DNA from: a virus
Taxonomy: Duplodnaviria > Caudoviricetes
Reading direction: 5' to 3' (one strand)
Virus record (IMG/VR): IMGVR_UViG_3300031813_000006
Coordinates: 1 to 64,000 of that record
Length of the DNA: 64,000 bases
Shown here: in pieces, positions 27,077 to 35,477 of the stretch
How positions within the stretch are numbered: the stretch's first letter is position 1
Layout of the letters: each line of letters begins with the position of its first letter
The notes under the pieces: model-generated
Told to the model about the DNA's origin: nothing
Databases searched by the model: none
The model's input: the letters and a program-made list of their open reading frames with translations, nothing else
Position numbers and translations under genes: made by a program

Positions 27077-28070
27077 AACAGGTTTACTTTTAAATTTAGA
27101 AGAAAAATTTAATTATGATAGTCCAGATACAGATTTATATAAAGATGTAATGTTAATTACACCTAATAGTTATAATTTTGAAACTATTAATTATTTTCCT
27201 GATTTAAATTTTAAGTATAATGACTATGGTAATCATATTGATTATAGTATATTTAAATTTAATGAGTCTCCAGATCTAACTAATATTAAGACTATTTTTA
27301 TTAATAAAAAATGTAAAATATATTCTATAAAATTAAAAGCATTTTTGAAAAAATATAATATTAAAAAGGTTAGTGATCCAAATGAAGCAGATTATTTTGT
27401 TATTGATAAATCACATTTACAATATAATAATAAAATAAGTAACCTAATGTATAAAATATCTTGTAAAAGATTTTTAGAGCGTTTTGAAAAAGATTTAATC
27501 AATAATCATCCTAATATAGTAGAAACAGTTAAAAATAGTAAATGTAAATTTCTATTTATTAATGGTAATATTAAATCTTTACTTTCTAAGGAATACTTAA
27601 AATTAAATGAAAGTACATTTATTCATACAAGTTATGAAGAACGTATTGTAGATTTAGATCTTTTTAAACGTTGTTTAAAGTATGAGGCTGCTGGTAAATT
27701 TATTGAGCCTAAATATTTAATTTCAGCAGTTAATAATTTAAATCCAACAATAACTAAAGAAAGTTATGAACAATTGGATTCAATGTTTACAAGTGATGAC
27801 CCTGGTTCTCAATCATTAGCTATGGAAATCATGGCTAATTCTAACTATAATGCAAATTTAGTATATATTTTAGAATTAATTGATAAGCATTATCCGATTC
27901 TTCAAAATGAAAAGAAAAACTTAAATTTTAAATCTCTATTACAATACATTCCATTAAAATGCCCTACAGCACTTAGTATGGAATATAAACTCTCATTACT
28001 TAAAGAACATGATCAACTAACACTTAGCAACATTAAACTTTTAATACCAAATATAGACCATGGAAGATAA
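27063..28070 (+). CDS. Hypothetical protein, paralog of previous ORF
   Basis: TIFINKKC..KLKAFLKKYNIKKVSDPNEADYFV; ITKESYEQLDSMFTS..LAMEIMAN. Confidence 0.75.
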   Translation: MKRYRTGLLLNLEEKFNYDSPDTDLYKDVMLITPNSYNFETINYFPDLNFKYNDYGNHIDYSIFKFNESPDLTNIKTIFINKKCKIYSIKLKAFLKKYNIKKVSDPNEADYFVIDKSHLQYNNKISNLMYKISCKRFLERFEKDLINNHPNIVETVKNSKCKFLFINGNIKSLLSKEYLKLNESTFIHTSYEERIVDLDLFKRCLKYEAAGKFIEPKYLISAVNNLNPTITKESYEQLDSMFTSDDPGSQSLAMEIMANSNYNANLVYILELIDKHYPILQNEKKNLNFKSLLQYIPLKCPTALSMEYKLSLLKEHDQLTLSNIKLLIPNIDHGR

Positions 28071-29058
28071 GGACCCAATAATTTTAGAAAATGAATTTTA
28101 TAATAAAGAATTTAGATTTAGTTATTCTAGCATTAATCTTTTGCTATACAGTCCTGCATTATTTTATAAGCAGTACATACTCAAACAAAAAGAAGAACGG
28201 TTAGACACCCATTTAGTGGATGGAAAAGTAATTCATGCACTGATTTTAGAAGAAAGTAAATTTAATGATAACTTTATAATATCTCCTACAGATCTACCTT
28301 CAGACAATGTACGGAAAGTTATTAATAATGTTTTCTATAAAGTTTCAAAAACAGAAACTCCTAATATTTTATCTGCATCATCATTATCTATTTATGGTTA
28401 TGAGATTGTTGAGGAGCTTCTTGCTATTAACCTACATCAATCTTTAAAGACAGATGAACAGCGGATAGCAAAAATTGTTACTGATGAAAATGAATCATAT
28501 TGGAAATTCCTGTGCATTAAAGGAACCAAAACTGTGATTGATCAGGAAACATACCTTAGATGTAGCACGTCTGCATCCTTGGTAAAGAATGATGCCACAG
28601 CCAGTGAATTGCTTAATGGCTTTGGAAAACTTCCCATGTTAAATGAGGAATTTATTAAAGTAGATCTAAAAGGAAAACCTTATGGATTACATGGACAAGT
28701 AGATAATTTTGCCATGGATGTCACTACTAGAACACTTTACATCAATGACTTAAAGACCTCAGGCAAAACATTAACAGAGTTCAAAGAGTCAGTTGAATTT
28801 TATAAATACTGGATGCAAGCAGCCATGTATGTTAAAATTATCAAGGCTTCATATAGTTTGGGTCATGATTGGCATGTAAAATTCTCATTCATTGTTATAG
28901 ATAAGTACCAACAAGTTTATACTTTTAAAGTTTGTAGTACAACTTTACAACTCTGGATAGATAATTTTGAAGACATATTAAAAAAAGTAGATTATCATTA
29001 TAACTCAAAAAGATATGATTTACCCTATGAATTTCTTATAGGAGATGTAATACTTTAA
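28060..29058 (+). CDS. PD-(D/E)xK exonuclease
   Basis: FSYSSI..G..IH..GQVD..INDLKTS..YWMQAAMY. Confidence 0.85.
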   Translation: MEDKDPIILENEFYNKEFRFSYSSINLLLYSPALFYKQYILKQKEERLDTHLVDGKVIHALILEESKFNDNFIISPTDLPSDNVRKVINNVFYKVSKTETPNILSASSLSIYGYEIVEELLAINLHQSLKTDEQRIAKIVTDENESYWKFLCIKGTKTVIDQETYLRCSTSASLVKNDATASELLNGFGKLPMLNEEFIKVDLKGKPYGLHGQVDNFAMDVTTRTLYINDLKTSGKTLTEFKESVEFYKYWMQAAMYVKIIKASYSLGHDWHVKFSFIVIDKYQQVYTFKVCSTTLQLWIDNFEDILKKVDYHYNSKRYDLPYEFLIGDVIL

Positions 29059-29071
29059 ATATCAGTTAGTA

Positions 29072-29653
29072 ATGAATAAAGTGTATAAAGATTATTTTCA
29101 AAAATCAAGGGTATTCTTATATCCTGTACTGGAGATTCCTAGGGGTGGCAGTGTCACCCCTATTCAAAGTTACATTTCTTGGAAAGATAACATCAAACAA
29201 GAAGATTGTAAGCTAATTTGTCATTACTATTTACGTAATGATAATGAATTTTTAAACATACAGAAACATAAATTATTTGGTAGTAAATATTTTGATAAAT
29301 TTGTAGAAGGTCCTGGTGACGGTCAGCAAAAACAAGGTATTTTTATTTTTGATATGAGTGATTTTAAAACATCTTGGGATGCATTCTTAAAAGGAAAGTA
29401 TTCTAAGCTTTCAGCACCTTTAAAACAACATATTAAAAATTATTACGCGCGTTCTAAATTCCTCCCTCATGTAACTAGTTATTTATACCCTGAAAAATAT
29501 TATCCATTTTACAGTGAAATATTAGGAGTACCAATATCTGTATTAAAAGAGTCAGGGGAACTTGCTGATGTTCCAAACTTTACAAAAGAAGAATTAACAT
29601 TTACACCAGAGATTATTAAATTAAATACTAACCAATTAATTACCATATTATGA
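29072..29653 (+). CDS. Hypothetical protein
   Basis: YFQKSRVFLYP..FLKGKYSK. Confidence 0.75.
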   Translation: MNKVYKDYFQKSRVFLYPVLEIPRGGSVTPIQSYISWKDNIKQEDCKLICHYYLRNDNEFLNIQKHKLFGSKYFDKFVEGPGDGQQKQGIFIFDMSDFKTSWDAFLKGKYSKLSAPLKQHIKNYYARSKFLPHVTSYLYPEKYYPFYSEILGVPISVLKESGELADVPNFTKEELTFTPEIIKLNTNQLITIL

Positions 29654-30207
29654 GTAAAAACATGTTATTAATTCACTCTGAATGGAGTGACTTTCCATCA
29701 TTTAGAATGATCCCTGCAACTTCAGACTGTCCTTATGTGGAATGTATGTTTGAAACAGCAAAGAAACTTCTTATTGTTGTTGGTAAAGAAAAGAAAGAAA
29801 CTTTCCATTTCTTACCAAGACTAGATGAAGATGGTGCAGCGGGTCCAATTGATAAAAAGATAAAAAGAATGGTATCTGATCCTGCTACTCCTGGACAACC
29901 ATTACTTGATAAAAACAATAAACCTGTTTTTGAAATGGCTGATAAAACAAGTGTAAGTGGAAAACTTTATAGGGAACAACGTGTAAGTTTTGAAACTTAT
30001 CAAGAATATCTAATTCTTAATAAACGAGATATTCTTGATTTTATCAATCATTTTGCAATTAATGCTAAAAGTTTTGAAGTAGAACCTTATTTTGAAATTA
30101 AAGTATCTGAAGGTTTAGATCAACAATTTAAACCTGAGTTATTAAAAGCAACTAATAATGAAACAACTACCCCTGGAGGAATAATTCTTACAGGTTCTCA
30201 AGACTAA
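29650..30207 (+). CDS. Hypothetical protein
   Basis: SFRMIP..DCPYVE..HFLPRLDEDG. Confidence 0.75.
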   Translation: MSKNMLLIHSEWSDFPSFRMIPATSDCPYVECMFETAKKLLIVVGKEKKETFHFLPRLDEDGAAGPIDKKIKRMVSDPATPGQPLLDKNNKPVFEMADKTSVSGKLYREQRVSFETYQEYLILNKRDILDFINHFAINAKSFEVEPYFEIKVSEGLDQQFKPELLKATNNETTTPGGIILTGSQD

Positions 30208-30212
30208 TCATT

Positions 30213-30242
30213 AATGGGAGGATAGAAATGTCCTCCCATTTT
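30213..30242 (+). terminator. Stem-loop terminator
   Basis: AATGGGAGGATA-GAAA-TGTCCTCCCATT + TT. Confidence 0.7.
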
Positions 30243-30253
30243 ATATATTAATT

Positions 30254-31390
30254 ATGGATGCATGGGTTATTGACTGGGAAACATTATCTAATTGCAGTAT
30301 GTTAGTAGCGGAAAATTATGCTACTGATGAAACTAAAGTATTTGTAATACATGAATTAGTAAATGATTTCCTACCATTGGTATATTTCTTTAGAGATTGC
30401 CGTGATAAAAAAGACTATCATATTAGTTTTAACGGGTTAGCTTTTGATGCCCAAATTACTGAATGGATTTTAAAAGGTGCTATCCCAGATCCTAATAACG
30501 GAGATGATATTGCAAGAAGGATTTATAAACGGGCCCAACATGTAATACAGTTATCCAATGCTGGAGAATTTCAAGAGTTTTCTGAAAATAAAATGCAGAT
30601 TCCTCAAATAGATGTGTTTAAAACCAATCATTGGGATAACGCAAATAAGCGTAGTTCGTTAAAATGGATACAGTTTTCAATTGATTGGCCTAATGTCCAA
30701 GAAATGCCTATAAGTCATACTTATGAGGTAAAAACTCTTGAAGAAATTGAAATAATTAAAAGCTACTGTATTAATGACGTTAAATCAACTAAAAAAGTAT
30801 TTCAATTATCCAAACCTCTTTTAACAGTTAGGCAAAGTATTAAAAGAAAATATAAACTAGATTGTCTTAGTTATTCTAATACTAGATTAGGAAGTGAATT
30901 ATTGTTAAAACTTTATTGTAACTTTTCTGGTCAAGAATCATCTAACGTAAGATATCTAAGAACCAATAGAACTAGTATTAAAGTAAGTGAAATTATATTT
31001 CCTTATATCAGTTTTCAAACCTCTGAACTTCAAGAGTTTTTTGAAATGGTTAAGAAAACTATCATTTATAATACTAGAGATGGTTTCTCATATGAACTTA
31101 ATTATAAAGGAGTTACGTTTTATTATGGTATGGGTGGTATCCATCAATGTATAGAAGCAGGAATCTATAAGGCAGATGACCGGTTTATTATAAAGGATTT
31201 TGATGTTGCATCTCTATACCCTAGTATTGCGTGCGTTAATGAAATGTTTCCGGCCCATCTTGGAAAAACGTTCTTTAAAGTTTATAAGGAAAACATTGTT
31301 GATGTCAGATTAGCTGAGAAGAGAAAAACTGAGAATAAAGACATGGCAATTATTGAAGGATTTAAGGAAGCAGCTAATGCAACTTATGGT
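30254..31390 (+). CDS. polB: Family B DNA polymerase, exon 1
   Basis: Exonuclease motifs DWE, FNGLAFD, YCINDV; motif A DFDVASLYPS; motif B KEAANATYG. Confidence 0.92.
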
Positions 31391-31412
31391 TGAGAAAATA
31401 ATTAAATATTAA

Positions 31413-31444
31413 TTTGGTATTTACTAACTCTTTAAGTATATTTG
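31413..31444 (+). promoter_or_regulatory. Bacteroidota promoter inside polB intron 1
   Basis: TTTG, 20 nt spacer, TATATTTG. Confidence 0.7.
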
Positions 31445-31458
31445 TCAAAACAAATATT

Positions 31459-32439
31459 GTGAAAATATTAGTAGAACCATTAGAGTTTTTAAAACAAGGA
31501 GTATATCAGATTAAAAACTGTATTACTAATCAGCTTTATATAGGTAGTACAACAATGACTTTTGTGAAAAGATGTCAACATCATATTAATAGATTAAGAT
31601 CTGGTAAACATAAAAATCTATATTTACAAAGATCTTGGAATAAATATGGTGAAGATAATTTTGAGTTTTCTATAGTAGAAATATGTACTAAAGATCTTTC
31701 ATTAGTACAAGAACAGATTTGGATAAATAAACTTAATGTACTAGATAAAAAGAAAGGATTTAATATTAATCCTCTTGCTTCAGGTACTCCAAATATGTCT
31801 AAAGAGGCTATAGAAAAGAGAAGACAAACTATGATTAGAAAATATAAATCTGGAGAATTGGATCATGTAAAAAAGATCTTAAGTTCTAGAATATCATGGA
31901 ATAAAGGTCTTAAACTTAAAGATACATCTTATCTACAAGTCAAGAAAACAATAACTAAAGCAGTACTAGATTCTAGAAAAAAGAAAATAGAGAATACTAG
32001 AAATAAGTATCCTAATGTGTATGTATATGATATAAGTTTAAAATTTTTAGGCAAATGGAGATCTACTATAGATCTCCAAGAATGGTCTCTAACTAAAGAT
32101 AATAATTTACCTATTAAAAGTAGATTTTATACTAAAAGAATGGGATGCCCTTTGACTTTTCTTAAATCATCTAATATACAAACTGCTTGTAAATTTAATA
32201 CTCCTTATAAAAACTTAATATTTAGTTATAAGCCACTTCATCAGGAGACTGATGTTGAAAAACAGGAAGAATTGCTGGGAACTCCTATCACAGTCTGTGA
32301 GGACAATCAGCAGCCTAGCTTAAGTAGTAATACTTTTGAAGGTTCAACGACTAATACCCGAGTCCTACCTAATAATATGGAGGATAGTAATGGTAACACG
32401 AGCATCCTGCATGATTTTAATCATGATGATATAGTCTAA
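31459..32439 (+). CDS. GIY-YIG homing endonuclease (polB intron 1)
   Basis: GVYQIKN..YIGST..R..H..NKYGEDNFEFSIVE; probable GTG start downstream of the promoter. Confidence 0.88.
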   Translation: MKILVEPLEFLKQGVYQIKNCITNQLYIGSTTMTFVKRCQHHINRLRSGKHKNLYLQRSWNKYGEDNFEFSIVEICTKDLSLVQEQIWINKLNVLDKKKGFNINPLASGTPNMSKEAIEKRRQTMIRKYKSGELDHVKKILSSRISWNKGLKLKDTSYLQVKKTITKAVLDSRKKKIENTRNKYPNVYVYDISLKFLGKWRSTIDLQEWSLTKDNNLPIKSRFYTKRMGCPLTFLKSSNIQTACKFNTPYKNLIFSYKPLHQETDVEKQEELLGTPITVCEDNQQPSLSSNTFEGSTTNTRVLPNNMEDSNGNTSILHDFNHDDIV

Positions 32440-32495
32440 GCTATATAGTAATATATAGAATTATAGAATAAAGAGTCTATAAGATAATAACACTG

Positions 32496-32764
32496 AATAG
32501 TAATAGTCAATACTCTTGGCTATTTGATTCTCAATATACCATGCAAACTACAATCAATGGTCAATTATTAATAACCATGCTTGTAGAAGATTTATTACTT
32601 AATATTCCAGAATCAACCTTACTTCAAACTAATACTGATGGTGCAACTTTAAAGTTTCCTAAAGAGTACCTTCCTATTTATGAAAAACTTTGTAAAAAAT
32701 GGGAAGAAAAGACTAAATTAAGTCTGGAATATGCTGATTATCAAGCAATGTATATTAGGGATGT
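32496..32764 (+). CDS. polB: Family B DNA polymerase, exon 2
   Basis: TTINGQL, motif C QTNTDG, YIRDV. Confidence 0.9.
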
Positions 32765-32946
32765 TAATTATGGCATCCAGAAACCTTGAGAATTGCTGGA
32801 ACACTAAGGAAAAAATTCTATGTCAATCAGCAGCCGAGCCTATATTCCACAGGAAGGTTCAGAGACTATCGAAAACACACTATAATTATAGTGGAAGTGA
32901 GTAGAGTACCCTTAAATGGGGAAGCACAAGGCAATTATTTACTTGA

Positions 32947-32978
32947 TTTGCTCTTAATAATTATATTACATATATTTG
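32947..32978 (+). promoter_or_regulatory. Bacteroidota promoter inside polB intron 2
   Basis: TTTG, 20 nt spacer, TATATTTG, 4 nt before the ATG. Confidence 0.6.
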
Positions 32979-32982
32979 TAAT

Positions 32983-33636
32983 ATGAAAGCAAATCCAAAA
33001 CATCAATTTACTGGAATTTATTGTATTAGAAATCTAGTTAATAATAAAGTATATATAGGCAAATCAGGAAATATATATAAAAGAATTCATCAACATCTTT
33101 ATGATCTAAAGAATAAAAGAAAACATGAAAATAAACATCTTCTTAATTCATGGTATAAATATGGAAATGAAAATTTTGAATATATAATTTTGGAAAAAAC
33201 AGAAGGAGAATTAGAAACTGCTAAAAGAGAACTTTATTGGATGAAAATATTTCAATCTCTTGATAGAAGTAAAGGATATAATCTTAGAAGTGATTCTGAT
33301 TCTAAAATGATTTGTAATATAGAAACTAAACAATTAATTAGTAAAAGACTTAAGAAAGAATGGAGTAATGGGGTTAGAAAAAATCATGGTAAAAAACTTT
33401 CAGATAATTGGAAATCTACTCCTGAAAGAAATCAGATTCAATCTAAAATCATGTCTAAAGCATTAACTAAATATTTTTATAAAATTGATAATGAATTAAT
33501 TTCATATCAACAATTAAATGATAAAGGTTATAAAAATGCTATAATTTCTTTTCATAGAAATAAATCTAATATAATAACTTTTAAAGGAATATTGATAGAA
33601 AGAGTAAAAATTGAAGATATAGTCCAATCCTCATAG
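32983..33636 (+). CDS. GIY-YIG homing endonuclease (polB intron 2)
   Basis: TGIYCIRN..KVYIGKS..RIHQH..YGNENFEY..GYN. Confidence 0.9.
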   Translation: MKANPKHQFTGIYCIRNLVNNKVYIGKSGNIYKRIHQHLYDLKNKRKHENKHLLNSWYKYGNENFEYIILEKTEGELETAKRELYWMKIFQSLDRSKGYNLRSDSDSKMICNIETKQLISKRLKKEWSNGVRKNHGKKLSDNWKSTPERNQIQSKIMSKALTKYFYKIDNELISYQQLNDKGYKNAIISFHRNKSNIITFKGILIERVKIEDIVQSS

Positions 33637-33653
33637 AAATATGAGAAATAATG

Positions 33654-34176
33654 CAACAATTACATGGCCCATTATACCAATGGGAAAAACAAATGTAAAG
33701 GTGCATTTGAATGGGAAGATCCTCAAAATCATAAAGTTTCAGTTCTTCATAAAAATAAAAGTTATCTTATCATTCCTAAAGCAGTATTTAACTATTTCAT
33801 AAATAATATCCCTCCTGAAAAGTATTTACAAGAGAATAGAAATATTTATGATTATTGCGGTGGTGTAAAGAGTAAAGGTGATTGGTATTTTCAAGAACTT
33901 AAAGTTGATGAAAATAGAATCTTTAGAGAAAGAAGATTACAAAAAGTAATGAGATATTATATCTCAAAGAAGGGTTGTAAAATTGTAAAAAGAAACCCGG
34001 ACGGAAGACAGCTCCAAATTGAAGCTGGTAAATGGATGATGACTGAGTTTAATACATATCAAGAGAAACCATGGGAAGAATATGGTGTAAATGAGGAATA
34101 TTATCTTAAGAAGATCTATGAAGAAATAGCAAATATAGTAGCTCCACCACCAGTATTTAAAAACACATTATTCTAA
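33654..34176 (+). CDS. polB: Family B DNA polymerase, exon 3 (spliced protein about 642 aa)
   Basis: NNYMA..KCKGAFE..LHKNKS..YYLKKI. Confidence 0.88.
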
Positions 34177-34187
34177 AACTTAAAATT

Positions 34188-35414
34188 ATGGCAGGTAAAA
34201 GACCAACCTTTACAACAAAAGAATATTTAGAAAGTATTCCTTTGCCTCAACATGCAAGTAGTTATACTTGTATTTCTCACAAATTTATTATTGATAATGT
34301 ATATAACTTCTTTAAGATCAATAACTTAGAGATTGAATTAGAATTGTATAAATCTACTATGGATGGTGAAATTGCCACTGGTATTTATTATATTAAAGGT
34401 AAAACAGATCCTGAACTTACAATGATGTTTGCATGGGCTAATAGCTATGATAAGAGCATGCGTTTTAAATGTTCTATTGGTGCTAGAGTAAATCTTAATC
34501 AGGCAACTATTATAGGTGGAGATGTTGCATCTTGGGGACGTGTTCATAAAGGTTCCGCAGATGTGGATACTCAAAACACTATTCATTCTCAAATTCAAGA
34601 TGCCACAAGGCATTTTACAAATTTGATTAATGATAAGGAAGCTATGAAAAATATCCAACTTAGCACCTGGGAAAGAGCCAGTTTATTAGGTGTGATGTAT
34701 GCTATAAAAGATTTGTTTACTATTGAACAATTCAATATAGCAGTTAGGGAAATGAAGAAACCTTCTTATGAATATCCAGAAAATGAAAAACATTCTTTAT
34801 GGACTTTTTATAATAATATTCTAGTAGCTATTAAAAGTTCTCACCCTAAGAAATGGTTAGATAGACAAAGAAGCTTACATTGGTTCTTATGTTGTCATTT
34901 TAATATTGGTAATTATTGTTCAACAGCACCAGGTGTTAAGGCAACATCTATTGCTGTAAAATTTATTAAAACTGTTGCACAACCAGTACTTAATGAAGGT
35001 TTGTTATCATTAGATGAAGAACCTGTTGATTCTAATCAACTTAATCTGTTAGATGCTATTGCTGAAGCAGAAAAAGAATCTGGGATACAAGATCCACACG
35101 TATTAATCAGAAATATGGATGGTGAACCGTTGGTTATTTCTAAATTTGAAGATGGAGTTGAAGAAGAAGAAATTACTTTAGATGAACCAAAGATAGGTAG
35201 TGACTTTGATATAGACAATACTGATGATTTAACTTTAGATGAACAAGATAATAAAGTAATTGAACCAGTATTGGAATCTGTTCCAACAGTTGTTCCAACA
35301 ATTATTTCTGAAGTACCTCATTCATCAAAAGAAGAAAGTCTTGAATTGACTGCTGAACAACAGGCAGCATTAGACGCTTTCAATGATGATGATGAAGATC
35401 CTTTTTCATTGTAA
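34188..35414 (+). CDS. DUF932-like protein with long acidic tail
   Basis: NSYDKSMRFK..G.RV..H; SLWTFYN; D/E-rich C-terminal third. Confidence 0.65.
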   Translation: MAGKRPTFTTKEYLESIPLPQHASSYTCISHKFIIDNVYNFFKINNLEIELELYKSTMDGEIATGIYYIKGKTDPELTMMFAWANSYDKSMRFKCSIGARVNLNQATIIGGDVASWGRVHKGSADVDTQNTIHSQIQDATRHFTNLINDKEAMKNIQLSTWERASLLGVMYAIKDLFTIEQFNIAVREMKKPSYEYPENEKHSLWTFYNNILVAIKSSHPKKWLDRQRSLHWFLCCHFNIGNYCSTAPGVKATSIAVKFIKTVAQPVLNEGLLSLDEEPVDSNQLNLLDAIAEAEKESGIQDPHVLIRNMDGEPLVISKFEDGVEEEEITLDEPKIGSDFDIDNTDDLTLDEQDNKVIEPVLESVPTVVPTIISEVPHSSKEESLELTAEQQAALDAFNDDDEDPFSL

Positions 35415-35421
35415 AAATAAC

Positions 35422-35450
35422 AAGGGTAGGAGAAATCCTACCCTTTTTTT
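35422..35450. terminator. Terminator between convergent replication and virion-cargo blocks
   Basis: AAGGGTAGGA-GAAA-TCCTACCCTT + T-run, A-rich on the other side. Confidence 0.85.
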
Positions 35451-35477
35451 GCGAACCACTATGGTAATCTTGATTGG

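Larger units (their letters stand above)
31391..32495 (+). mobile_element. Group I intron 1 in polB
   Basis: Exon ends in U (TATGGT); core GAATTGCTGGGAA..AATCAGCAGCC..TTCAACGACTA..GATATAGTCT; ends CACTG; splicing restores ANATYG|NSNSQYSWLFD. Confidence 0.9.
32765..33653 (+). mobile_element. Group I intron 2 in polB
   Basis: Exon GGATGT pairs with GCATCC (P1, U.G); core GAATTGCTGGAA..AATCAGCAGCC..TTCAGAGACTA..AAGATATAGTCC; splicing gives RD-GT|C-AAC AAT TAC = RDVNNYMA. Confidence 0.92.

Noticed and set aside
28060-29058. Cas4 / CRISPR system
   Set aside because: PD-(D/E)xK nuclease lacks the four-Cys Fe-S pattern, and no repeat-spacer array is visible in the window
32786-32986. 66-aa ORF MRIAGTLRKK...
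   Set aside because: Lies on the ribozyme core of polB intron 2; not a plausible protein
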